From Candidatus Sungiibacteriota bacterium (GTDB lineage: Bacteria > Patescibacteriota > Minisyncoccia > Sungbacterales > HO2-52-23), in NCBI GenBank assembly GCA_016180435.1, contig JACPBG010000002.1, positions 144,682-208,681 on the forward strand: a stretch of 64,000 bases of DNA, written 5' to 3'. The notes under the pieces are model-generated. The model searched no databases, was not told the DNA's origin, and worked only from the letters and a program-made list of their open reading frames with translations. Shown here piece after piece: positions 8,867 through 18,246 of this stretch. The translations under genes were made by a program, and so were the position numbers. How positions within the stretch are numbered: position 1 is the first letter of the stretch; each line of letters opens with the position of its first letter.

Positions 8867-9531
8867 AAATAAAGGATTTACCAAAATCAGATAGGCCGCG
8901 AGAGAAGCTTGTGGCTAAAGGAGCCGAGAATCTTAAGGACTCGGAGCTTTTGGCTATTCTTTTGCGGACCGGCAAAGCTGGGAAAAATGTCATTGAAATC
9001 GCTTCGCAGATTTTAGCCAAGCATTCCAAAAAGCGGCTCTTGCAAATGACCTATCAGGACCTGGTAAAAATCGGCGGCATTGATTCGGCAAAGGCCACAA
9101 CGCTTCTGGCCGCCTTTGAGCTCGCAAAACGCGCCCTGGAAGTGAATGACACGAATTTACCGACCATCGTTACCCCTAAAGATGTCGTGGCTCAACTGGC
9201 CGAGTTGCGCAATAACAAAAAAGAACATTTCATTGCTTTGTACCTCAACGCCAGAAACCAACTGGTTCATAAAGAAACAATTTCAATGGGTACCTTGAAT
9301 GCCAACCTAGTCCATCCTCGAGAAGTTTTTGAACCGGCACTTAAGCATTCGGCCGCCAGCATTATGGTTGCGCATAATCATCCTTCCGGTGATTCAAAGC
9401 CGTCGGAGGACGATTTGGAAATAACAAAGAGATTAGTAGAAGCTGGCAAGTTGATGGGGATTGAAGCAGTAGACCACATTATTATTACCAAAAACACCTA
9501 TCTTAGCTTCAGAGGAGAACGTTTGATTTAA
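8863..9531 (+). CDS. radC: RadC/JAB domain protein
   Basis: DRPREKL, ELLAILLRTG, VHPREVF, AHNHPSGD..PS..D, DHIII. Confidence 0.93.
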   Translation: MKIKDLPKSDRPREKLVAKGAENLKDSELLAILLRTGKAGKNVIEIASQILAKHSKKRLLQMTYQDLVKIGGIDSAKATTLLAAFELAKRALEVNDTNLPTIVTPKDVVAQLAELRNNKKEHFIALYLNARNQLVHKETISMGTLNANLVHPREVFEPALKHSAASIMVAHNHPSGDSKPSEDDLEITKRLVEAGKLMGIEAVDHIIITKNTYLSFRGERLI

Positions 9532-9535
9532 ACCT

Positions 9536-11905
9536 ATGCCCAACTTTTCTAAAAAAGAATTTTCCGAGCAGGATATTTGTTCAAAATTCATTCTTCCGGC
9601 GCTTACAAACGCCGGCTGGGATTTACAGAAGCAAATCCGCGAGCAGTATAGCTTTACCGCCGGTCGGATTATCGTGCGCGGCAAAACCGTTTTTCGCGGG
9701 GAGAAAAAACGCGCCGATTTTGTTTTATATCATCGCGGCCATCTCCCGCTCGCAATTATTGAGGCCAAGGATAATAAACATCCCGTCGGCGCCGGAATGC
9801 AGCAGGCACTTGAATATGCCGAAGCGCTTGATATTCCTTTTGTCTATAGCGGGAATGGCGACGCGTTTCTTGAGCATGACCGCCTTGTGAAAACTGAGCC
9901 CATTGAAAACGAGCTCCCATTAAACGAATTCCCGTCTCCAGACGCGCTTTACAGCCGTTATGTGAAAGCTAAAGGACTTGCCGCCGAGCAGGAAAAAGTA
10001 ATCAGTCAGGATTATTATCAGGAGATTGACGGCAAGTCGCCCCGCTACTTCCAGCAGGTTGCGATTAACCGCGCCACCGAAGAAATCGTCAAAGGTAAAA
10101 ACCGTCTGCTTTTGGTGATGGCCACCGGCACCGGCAAAACCTACGCCGCGTTTCAAATCATCTGGCGTTTGTGGAAAGCCGGAGTTAAAAAGCGGATTCT
10201 CTTTCTGGTGGACCGCAACATTTTGGCTGATCAGCCGATTATGAATGACTTCCGACATTTTGGCGACAAGATGACTAAAATTCAGCATCGCCAAGTTGAT
10301 AAGTCATACGAAGTGTATCTTGGTTTGTATCAGGGGCTAACCGGAATGGAAGAAGAAAAAAACATATTCAAGCAGTTTTCACCGGACTTCTTTGATTTGG
10401 TTATTGTTGACGAGTGTCATCGCGGAGCGGCGCGCGAAGACGCTTCTTGGAGAGAAATTCTTGATTATTATAAAAGCGCCACCCAAATCGGTTTAACCGC
10501 CACTCCCAAGGAAACTGCCGATATTTCAACCCAAACCTATTTCGGCGAACCGGTATATACCTATTCGCTCCGGCAGGGCATTGAAGACGGCTTTCTTGCG
10601 CCCTACAAAGTTATTCGCGTTACTTTGGATAGAGACGCGGAAGGATATCGCCCCACGGCTGGCGAGGTTGATAAATATGGCAACCCACTGCCTGATCAGA
10701 TTTTCGGCCAGAGCGATTTTGACCGCAAGCTTGTGCTGGAAGAGCGCTCAAAAGTCGTTGCGCAAAAAATTACCGAATATCTCAAAGCCACTGACAGGAT
10801 GCAAAAGACCATAGTATTTTGCGTGGACACCGAGCACGCCGACCGCATGCGTAAAGAACTTGTGAACGCTAATGCCGATCTCGTGAGTGAGCACCCGAAT
10901 TATGTCGTTCGCATCACCGGCAACGACGAGCACGGCGTAAAAGAACTTGATAAATTCATTGATCCCGAAAGCCCGTATCCAGTTATCGCCACCACTTCAA
11001 AGCTTCTTACCACTGGCGTAGATACCCAAACCGTCAAACTAATTGTCATTGACCAGAATATCAACTCAATCATTGAATTCAAGCAGATTATCGGCCGCGG
11101 CACGCGCGTGCGCGAGGATTACGGCAAGATGTTTTTTACCATTATGGATTTTCGCGGCGCGACCGAGCTCTTTGCCGACCCGAAATTTGACGGCGATCCG
11201 GTGGTCATTTACAAAACCAAAGAAAAAGGGCCGATTGTGCCGCCCGAAGAAAAAGACGGAGGAACAGAAATCGGCCCCGAGGAGAAACCCATTATTGAAT
11301 ACGGCCCGCCGGGAACCGGCGTCGGCATCGTCCGCGACGAGCCGAAAAAATATTACCCCTTGGGCGTGGAAGTGAAAATAATCCACGAGCGCGTGCAGTA
11401 TATGGACGAGCGCGGCAAACTTATCACCGAATCGCTCAAGGACTACACCAAGCGAAACATTCTGCAAAGCTACGCATCGCTCAACGACTTTTTAACCGCC
11501 TGGACTAAGACCGAACAAAAAGAAGCAATCCTCAAAGAGCTTGAAGATCGCGGTGTATTTTTTGCCGAGCTTTCTGCCGAAGTCGGCCGGGACTTGGACA
11601 CCTTTGACCTTGTCTGCCATGTGGCTTGGGGCAAAAAGCCGCTCACGCGCAGCGAGCGGGCGGAAAAGGCGCGCAAAAAAGATTACTTTGCTAAATACGA
11701 AGGCAAGGCGCGCGAAGTTATTGAGGCGCTCCTCGCTAAATACGCCGATCAGGGCATCACCGCCATTGACGACATCGGCGACTTGCAGGTTTCGCCGTTT
11801 GACCAATTCGGCACGCCGTACCAAATCGTCAATGACATCTTCGGCGGCCGCGAAAAATACCTCACGGCAGTTAAAGAGGTCCAGCAGGCGCTCTACGTGG
11901 GTTAG
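9536..11905 (+). CDS. hsdR: Type I restriction enzyme R subunit (EcoEI/EcoAI-like)
   Basis: RADFVLY...AIIEAK nuclease motif, MATGTGKT, DECHRG, GLTATP, QIIGRGTR, EcoEI-type C-terminus. Confidence 0.93.
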   Translation: MPNFSKKEFSEQDICSKFILPALTNAGWDLQKQIREQYSFTAGRIIVRGKTVFRGEKKRADFVLYHRGHLPLAIIEAKDNKHPVGAGMQQALEYAEALDIPFVYSGNGDAFLEHDRLVKTEPIENELPLNEFPSPDALYSRYVKAKGLAAEQEKVISQDYYQEIDGKSPRYFQQVAINRATEEIVKGKNRLLLVMATGTGKTYAAFQIIWRLWKAGVKKRILFLVDRNILADQPIMNDFRHFGDKMTKIQHRQVDKSYEVYLGLYQGLTGMEEEKNIFKQFSPDFFDLVIVDECHRGAAREDASWREILDYYKSATQIGLTATPKETADISTQTYFGEPVYTYSLRQGIEDGFLAPYKVIRVTLDRDAEGYRPTAGEVDKYGNPLPDQIFGQSDFDRKLVLEERSKVVAQKITEYLKATDRMQKTIVFCVDTEHADRMRKELVNANADLVSEHPNYVVRITGNDEHGVKELDKFIDPESPYPVIATTSKLLTTGVDTQTVKLIVIDQNINSIIEFKQIIGRGTRVREDYGKMFFTIMDFRGATELFADPKFDGDPVVIYKTKEKGPIVPPEEKDGGTEIGPEEKPIIEYGPPGTGVGIVRDEPKKYYPLGVEVKIIHERVQYMDERGKLITESLKDYTKRNILQSYASLNDFLTAWTKTEQKEAILKELEDRGVFFAELSAEVGRDLDTFDLVCHVAWGKKPLTRSERAEKARKKDYFAKYEGKAREVIEALLAKYADQGITAIDDIGDLQVSPFDQFGTPYQIVNDIFGGREKYLTAVKEVQQALYVG

Positions 11906-11944
11906 TTGACAATCGCTTGACAATCAAATATAGATTGCTTTACA

Positions 11945-13012
11945 ATGAAGTTGCTTATGACAAATAAGGACAAAATCTTGCAATTGATTGAACAGAAAGG
12001 GAAGATTACGGCGCGTGAGATTACGGAGGTAACTGGCGTATCTCGTCAGTACGTCAATCTTGTGATTTCCGGTCTTGTTGCAGAAGACAAGGTGGTCAAG
12101 CTTGGGGGAACCCGGGGCGCTTTTTATGTTTCAAAAGCATATATCGCTAAACACCCGGAGATTGTTCCTAATACTTTAAAGAAAAGGTACATCAATAAGT
12201 CGCTCGAAGAGCACAAGGTCTTTCTAGAGATAGAGGATAAATTGTCGCAACTTAAAGATCTGCCTGAAAATGTGCGGAGTATTTTTACGTTCGCATTTTC
12301 CGAGATGTTCAATAACGCGATTGAACATTCCGCATCAAGAATTATTTCGGTGGAAGTAACGTTGCGGGGAGAATTTCTATCATTCATTGTAAACGATGCC
12401 GGTGTTGGCGTATTTCGCAACATTATAAAAAAACGGAATCTTAAATCGGAAATAGAAGCGATTCAGGACTTATTGAAAGGAAAAACTACAACCATGCCGA
12501 GAACACACTCTGGAGAAGGAATTTTTTTTACTTCCAAGGCGGGAGATATGTTTACTTTGGACAGCTTTGGCCAGATGCTCATTATTAACAATCTTACGAA
12601 TGACATTTCCGCGCGCCATGCGTCTGCCGTCAAACGCGGCACGCGGGTTATTTTTAGGATTAAAACTGACTCCGATCGCCATCTAAACGATGTTTTTAAA
12701 AAATATACCAACATCAACGATGACAGCGATTACGGTTTTGATAAGACCGAGATACGGGTAAAACTCTATACTTCGGGCGGCGTCCATATCTCTCGTTCGC
12801 AGGCGCGCAGGATTTTGGAGGGGCTTGAAAAGTTTAAGATAATCCTGCTGGATTTTGAGAACGTACCCCTGGTAGGGCAGGCGTTTGTGGATGAAATATA
12901 TCGTGTATTTCAAAATGCGCATCCGAATATTCTAATTCAGGAAGAAAATATGTCGGAAGGCGTGAAGTTTATGGTGGAGCGAGCGAAAAATGAAGCGAAG
13001 AAATCAAAATAA
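11945..13012 (+). CDS. wHTH + histidine-kinase-like ATPase + STAS-like (DUF4325) protein
   Basis: N-terminal HTH (ITAREITEVTGVSRQYV), SEMFNNAIEHS / D.GVG / HSGEGIFF GHKL motifs, C-terminal SRSQAR..LDFENV..GQAFVDEIYRVF. Confidence 0.8.
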   Translation: MKLLMTNKDKILQLIEQKGKITAREITEVTGVSRQYVNLVISGLVAEDKVVKLGGTRGAFYVSKAYIAKHPEIVPNTLKKRYINKSLEEHKVFLEIEDKLSQLKDLPENVRSIFTFAFSEMFNNAIEHSASRIISVEVTLRGEFLSFIVNDAGVGVFRNIIKKRNLKSEIEAIQDLLKGKTTTMPRTHSGEGIFFTSKAGDMFTLDSFGQMLIINNLTNDISARHASAVKRGTRVIFRIKTDSDRHLNDVFKKYTNINDDSDYGFDKTEIRVKLYTSGGVHISRSQARRILEGLEKFKIILLDFENVPLVGQAFVDEIYRVFQNAHPNILIQEENMSEGVKFMVERAKNEAKKSK

Positions 13013-13037
13013 ATATTTATAGTGAGCTTATCGAACT

Positions 13038-14516
13038 ATGTCCAACATCCAATCAGTCATCAAAAACATCCAAGATATCATGCGTAAAGACGCGGGCGTG
13101 GATGGCGACGCCCAGCGGCTCTCCCAGCTTGTCTGGATGCTTTTCCTGAAAATTTTTGATGACCAGGAGCGCGAGCGCGAGCTTATCAATCCCAAATATC
13201 GCTCACCCTTGCCCGAGGATCTCCGCTGGCGCAACTGGGCAGGCGACCCGGAAGGAATGACCGGCGACGGGCTTCTGGAATTCGTCAACAACAAGCTTTT
13301 CAAACGGCTGAAGGATTTGTCTTTTGACGAGAGCGAAGACCCTCGGGCTTTTATCGTTCGCGAGGTGTTTGCCGACAGCTACAACTATATGAAGTCCGGC
13401 ACCCTTATCCGGCAGGTCATTAACAAAATAAACGAAATTGATTTTAATAAAGCCGACGACCGTCACGCCTTCAACGACCTCTACGAACATCTGCTCAAAG
13501 AGCTCCAAAGCGCGGGCAACGCAGGGGAGTATTACACGCCCCGGCCGCTCACGCGTTTTGTGGTAGAGATGGTTTCCCCTAAACTTGGCGAAAAGGTGCT
13601 GGATCCGGCCTGCGGCACCGGCGGATTTTTGATTGACACTCTGGAATACATCCGTAAGCAGGAAATAAAAACCGCGGCGGATGAAAAGAAACTCCAAAGC
13701 CAAATACAAGGAGTAGAACTCAAGTCGCTACCATATTTATTAGCTACGACAAATATGATTTTGCACGGCGTGGACACGCCAAAGCATTTGCGCCATGGCG
13801 ACATGCTTTCCCAACCATTGCGGGAATATGGGCCGAAAGATCGCGTTGATGTGATTGTGGCCAATCCGCCATTTGGAGCCGATGTCAAAGATGGCATAGA
13901 GAAAAACTTTCCGACCGAATTCCGCACCCGCGAAACTGCCGACCTCTTTTTGGTACTTTTTATTCATCTTTTAAAACCAAACGGCCGCGCCGGCATCGTG
14001 CTTCCCGATGGCTCGCTTTTCGGCGAGGGCGTTAAAACCGCCATCAAGAAAAAACTCCTTGAAGAGTGCAATGTGCATACCATTGTCCGCCTGCCGCAAG
14101 GCGTGTTTAATCCGTACGCCGGAGTAAACACCAACCTAATTTTCTTCACCAAAGGCGAACCCACCAAAGAAATCTGGTACTACCAGCTTCCGCTCCCCGA
14201 AGGCGTCAAACAATACACCAAAAACCGCTGCATCACAGACGCAGATTTTGATCAAGTTAGAGAGTGGTGGAATAAAAGAAAGGATAATGCGCTTGCCCCG
14301 TTAGAGGCCGCGAGGGCTCGCAGCGTGTCTTCGCCTCTAATGGGGTGGAAAGTATCAATCAAACAAATCCAAGAACGAAACTACAATCTGGACTTCAAAA
14401 ACCCGAACGGCAATGCAAAACTCGTCCACAAAGACCCGAAAGAAGTTTTGGAGAGCATCGCCAAAACCGAATTCCACATTGCCAAAATTTTGGAGGAGAT
14501 AAAGAAAGAGATATGA
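13038..14516 (+). CDS. hsdM: Type I R-M methyltransferase M subunit
   Basis: GEYYTPR, LDPACGTGGFL, ANPPF, AGIVLPDGSLF. Confidence 0.95.
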   Translation: MSNIQSVIKNIQDIMRKDAGVDGDAQRLSQLVWMLFLKIFDDQERERELINPKYRSPLPEDLRWRNWAGDPEGMTGDGLLEFVNNKLFKRLKDLSFDESEDPRAFIVREVFADSYNYMKSGTLIRQVINKINEIDFNKADDRHAFNDLYEHLLKELQSAGNAGEYYTPRPLTRFVVEMVSPKLGEKVLDPACGTGGFLIDTLEYIRKQEIKTAADEKKLQSQIQGVELKSLPYLLATTNMILHGVDTPKHLRHGDMLSQPLREYGPKDRVDVIVANPPFGADVKDGIEKNFPTEFRTRETADLFLVLFIHLLKPNGRAGIVLPDGSLFGEGVKTAIKKKLLEECNVHTIVRLPQGVFNPYAGVNTNLIFFTKGEPTKEIWYYQLPLPEGVKQYTKNRCITDADFDQVREWWNKRKDNALAPLEAARARSVSSPLMGWKVSIKQIQERNYNLDFKNPNGNAKLVHKDPKEVLESIAKTEFHIAKILEEIKKEI

Positions 14517-16015
14517 AAAATATTTTGTCTTTAAACGCAAAAGAAGCTCGGAAATTCTTTCTTAAGCACGAAAGTTATTGTAATTTTGACTTACCGCCCT
14601 ATTTCAAGTTTGATAGTATTCTAAACGACCTGTCTAATACTCTTAAAAACACGAACTTATCTAATTTTTATTCGTCAACAAAAAAGCCGTGGGACTTTGA
14701 AGATGTTAATTACAGATTAACAAGTAACAAAGACGGGAAATATGCGTGGCGACCACTTCAACTTATACATCCGGCCTTGTATGTAAACCTAGCTCATATC
14801 ATCACTGAACCAAAGAACTGGAAGGACTTGAAAGCTCGCTTTACTTTTCTAATGAGGGAAAGTCGCAATATTGAGTGTGAGGGTCTGCCAGTGATTTCTT
14901 CTTACTATAGAAAAGACCGAGCAGCACAAATAATCCACTGGGTAGATAAAGTGGAAAAAAAATCTATCAAGTATGCTCTCGCATACGATTATGTACTACA
15001 CACGGATATCACTGATTGTTACGGAGCAATATATACACACTCGATATCGTGGGCGCTACACGATAAAAGTGTCGCCAAAGACAGGCGTCATGATGATTCT
15101 CTGTGTGGTAATAAGATCGATAGACAACTGCAAGCCATGTCAAATGGTCAAACGAACGGCATTCCGCAGGGTAGCGTCCTCATGGATTTTATTGCTGAGT
15201 TGGTTTTGTGCTATGCGGACAGCTTGCTTGCACAACAAATTTCTACCATTAAAAAGTCAGAATACCGCATTATCAGATACAGGGACGACTATAGAATTTT
15301 TACGAACCATTCACAGATTGCAGAACAAATAATGAAAGAGCTTACCGATGTTCTACATAATTTAGGATTAAAAATAAGTTCCTCAAAAACCAAAGGGACG
15401 GATAAAGTAGTACATTCATCAATCAAAGAGGACAAATTGTATTGGTTTGCGCATGGACGTAATCATGATAAATTGCTCCACGAACTACTCAACATATCTT
15501 TGTTTGCGGAGAGTTTTCCTAATTCAGGTCAATTAACGATCCTGCTTAATAGCGTTTATTATAGAATAATAGATTTGTATAGAAAGGATATAAAAGAAGA
15601 TATCACAGCCCTTATTAGTGTTGCGGTTGATATTGCGTATAAAAATCCGAGGGTTTATCCAATCGCGACTGCAATCATTAGTAAGCTTATAGACTTTCTT
15701 CCAAAATCCAAAAGAGAAAAGGCAATCCAAAAAATATTACAGAGATTCAAAAAACTTCCTAACACTGGGATAATGCAAATTTGGCTGCACAGGATAACGG
15801 TTAAGCTTGGTGGAAATTATGACCATTCCGAAAGATTGTGCACAAAAGTAGTAGATCCAAACGTGAAGATTTGGAATTCTGATTGGCTGAAGACAATGCT
15901 TCGTAGAAAAATTGATATTTGTAATGTAATTGACGCAGATGAACTTATAAAGATTGGAGCCGTGATCGGTAAAGATGAGGTTGAACTATTCAAGGTTACC
16001 GACTACTCATATTAA
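14513..16015 (+). CDS. Abi/UG-class reverse transcriptase (AbiP2-like), 500 aa
   Basis: TDITDCYGAIYTHS, NGIPQGS, IIRYRDDYRIF, GLKISSSKT RT motifs plus a helical C-terminal domain. The ATG overlaps the hsdM stop (ATGA). The subfamily call is from recollection of family features, not a search. Confidence 0.85.
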   Translation: MKNILSLNAKEARKFFLKHESYCNFDLPPYFKFDSILNDLSNTLKNTNLSNFYSSTKKPWDFEDVNYRLTSNKDGKYAWRPLQLIHPALYVNLAHIITEPKNWKDLKARFTFLMRESRNIECEGLPVISSYYRKDRAAQIIHWVDKVEKKSIKYALAYDYVLHTDITDCYGAIYTHSISWALHDKSVAKDRRHDDSLCGNKIDRQLQAMSNGQTNGIPQGSVLMDFIAELVLCYADSLLAQQISTIKKSEYRIIRYRDDYRIFTNHSQIAEQIMKELTDVLHNLGLKISSSKTKGTDKVVHSSIKEDKLYWFAHGRNHDKLLHELLNISLFAESFPNSGQLTILLNSVYYRIIDLYRKDIKEDITALISVAVDIAYKNPRVYPIATAIISKLIDFLPKSKREKAIQKILQRFKKLPNTGIMQIWLHRITVKLGGNYDHSERLCTKVVDPNVKIWNSDWLKTMLRRKIDICNVIDADELIKIGAVIGKDEVELFKVTDYSY

Positions 16016-16019
16016 AATT

Positions 16020-16526
16020 ATGCCCTACCCAACAAAAAAATTAGGAGAGAACATAGAAGACAAATCAAAAGATAGTAGAATTCTTTTTTCAATTTTAACT
16101 GGACGAAATTCGCATATATTGACTATCGTTATCGTTGGGCATTTGCTAACAGAACATCTTTTGGACAAAATTATTACTGCTAAATTTAAAAATAAGAGAA
16201 GTAACCCGAAGGAGAGTTTTTCACAAAAACTTGAGCTTCTTTATCCAATGTGGCTACCTCTATTTATTTATAAAAACATAAAACTTTTAAATGAAAGCAG
16301 AAATGACATAGCGCACAATTTGGGAAGTATTGATTATAAGCCGTTTATTTATACGCATCGGGGAGAAAAGAAAATTGTTAAAATTCCAAAAAGAAAAAAT
16401 GAAGAAAAGTTTTATTTCCGAGAACTTATCAATACCGTATTGTTTGATTTAGTAAATTATTCGTCTGATACTTTAGGTATTTCCAACGACATAGATTTAA
16501 ATATTATCTTTCGTCAGAAAAACTAA
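16020..16526 (+). CDS. Putative HEPN-like (Rx4H) protein with an HsdS-like N-terminal peptide
   Basis: GHLLTEHLL ... FSQKLEL ... LNESRNDIAH. Starts MPYPTKKLGE. AT-rich. Confidence 0.6.
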   Translation: MPYPTKKLGENIEDKSKDSRILFSILTGRNSHILTIVIVGHLLTEHLLDKIITAKFKNKRSNPKESFSQKLELLYPMWLPLFIYKNIKLLNESRNDIAHNLGSIDYKPFIYTHRGEKKIVKIPKRKNEEKFYFRELINTVLFDLVNYSSDTLGISNDIDLNIIFRQKN

Positions 16527-16527
16527 T

Positions 16528-17796
16528 ATGTCTACCTACCCAACAAAAAAACTCGGAGAAGTATTGGATTACGAACAACCCGGGAAGTATATCGTAAATT
16601 CCAAGAATTACAGTAACGACTATAAAACGCCGGTTTTAACAGCTGGTAAAACTTTTATATTGGGAAATACAGATGAAAAAGAAAACGTATTCCCATCTGA
16701 AAAGTTACCGGTAATAATTTTTGATGATTTTACTACTACTATAAAATTTGTTGATTTTCCCTTTAAGGTTAAGTCTTCGGCAATGAAGATTTTGCATGCT
16801 AAAAAAGGTGTAGCAGATATCAAATATTTATTTTATTTAATGCAAACCATAGAACTCAATCATGCAACGCATAAACGATATTGGATATCAGAATTTTCTC
16901 AATTAGAAATCCCTCTCCCGCCGCTTTCAGAGCAGAAGAAAATCGTGACGAGGTTGGAAGGGTTGCTGAAGAAAATTAAGGAGGCCAAGCGCTTGCGCGC
17001 CGAAGCGCAAGAAGCCGCCCAAAACCTCCTCCCCGCCGAACTCCACCGCATCTTCACTCAACAGGATTCTTATTCTCTAATTCGCGCGAATAAGCGAATA
17101 GTTGGAAAACTTACCACAACACACAAACAACATACTTACAAACTTGAGAATGTAAGGATGTTTAATAAGTCCGCCTCCGTTAAAACTTCGGCGGATAAAT
17201 GGGAAGAAAAAGAGTTGGGAGAAATTTGCGAATTGAATCCAAAAAAATCAGAAATAAAAGATAAGGCAGACGATTTTCTTGTTTCTTTTGTTCCAATGTC
17301 TGCTGTTGATGAATACTTGCAAGCGATCGTATTATTGCAGGAACGAAGTCTGGGTGAAGTGAGAAAGGGCTATACTTATTTTAAAAATGGCGATGTTTTG
17401 TTTGCAAAAATTACTCCGTGCATGGAAAATGGGAAAGTCGCTATCGCAAGGAATTTAAAAAACAGCATTGGTTTTGGCACTACGGAATTTCATGTTTTTC
17501 GGGCAAAAAAGAAAGTTTTGCCGGAATGGATTCATTATATTATCGGTCAGCCGTCTTTCCGGGAAATTGCCAAAACCAGAATGACCGGAAGTGCGGGACA
17601 AAAGCGAGTGCCAGTGCAATTTCTAGAAAAATTTAAAATCCCGCTCCCGCCCGTTGCGGAGCAGAAAAAAATCGTGTCGCGGCTGGACTCGCTTTCCGAA
17701 AAAATCAAAAACCTGCGAGAGTATCAGAAAGACACCAAGTCCAACATGCAAAACTTGGAGCGATCTATACTGTATAAAGCATTTGAGAGCAAATAG
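16528..17796 (+). CDS. hsdS: Type I R-M specificity subunit S
   Basis: Two TRDs, each followed by IPLPP..EQKKIV conserved regions; second TRD GDVLFAKITPCMENGK. Confidence 0.93.
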   Translation: MSTYPTKKLGEVLDYEQPGKYIVNSKNYSNDYKTPVLTAGKTFILGNTDEKENVFPSEKLPVIIFDDFTTTIKFVDFPFKVKSSAMKILHAKKGVADIKYLFYLMQTIELNHATHKRYWISEFSQLEIPLPPLSEQKKIVTRLEGLLKKIKEAKRLRAEAQEAAQNLLPAELHRIFTQQDSYSLIRANKRIVGKLTTTHKQHTYKLENVRMFNKSASVKTSADKWEEKELGEICELNPKKSEIKDKADDFLVSFVPMSAVDEYLQAIVLLQERSLGEVRKGYTYFKNGDVLFAKITPCMENGKVAIARNLKNSIGFGTTEFHVFRAKKKVLPEWIHYIIGQPSFREIAKTRMTGSAGQKRVPVQFLEKFKIPLPPVAEQKKIVSRLDSLSEKIKNLREYQKDTKSNMQNLERSILYKAFESK

Positions 17797-18246
17797 TCGT
17801 CACGCCCCCGATATTAAGAAACGGAACACGAGACACCCCTTTTATAGTGTTCCGTTTATCCCATTTTGTTCAAAAATAGCCCCGACCGAGACGGGTTAGG
17901 GGAGTAGCAAAAGGAGAGTCAAAAAGGCCCTAAGATACCTTATAGGCGGTCGTTCCAGACCGAAGTGGCCAGCAGCTTTTGACTATGCGAACTCAAAATT
18001 TTCAAATGAGAGGGTTCTCTCAACCACAGACCGTCAAAATGCCAAAAAGTTATTCCATGAGCTTGTCGAAGGGCAACTTTTGGGCTTATATATGTATGCC
18101 TTCGACAAGCTCAGGCAATAAAATTATAGTTTTCGGACGGTCTGTACGCCTCAACAAAATTTTCCACGACTTTTTGGGTTCAAAGCAAATCGCTTGCGAG
18201 CGCAAAACGTGTGTGGGCTAGTTATTATTTGGTATATACTTTATTT

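Noticed and set aside
14345-14512. Longer 556-aa version of the RT in the ORF track
   Set aside because: The extension overlaps hsdM in another frame. The ATG at 14513 gives a typical ATGA coupling.
14513-16015. RT as a retron, group II intron or DGR enzyme
   Set aside because: No VTG retron motif, no room for msr-msd upstream, no YADD/maturase or intron domain V, and no TR/VR pair or avd gene was seen.
6606-17153. 23-bp exact repeat as island att sites
   Set aside because: One copy is upstream of the tRNA and the other is inside hsdS. Both form hairpins, so a dispersed repeat fits better.
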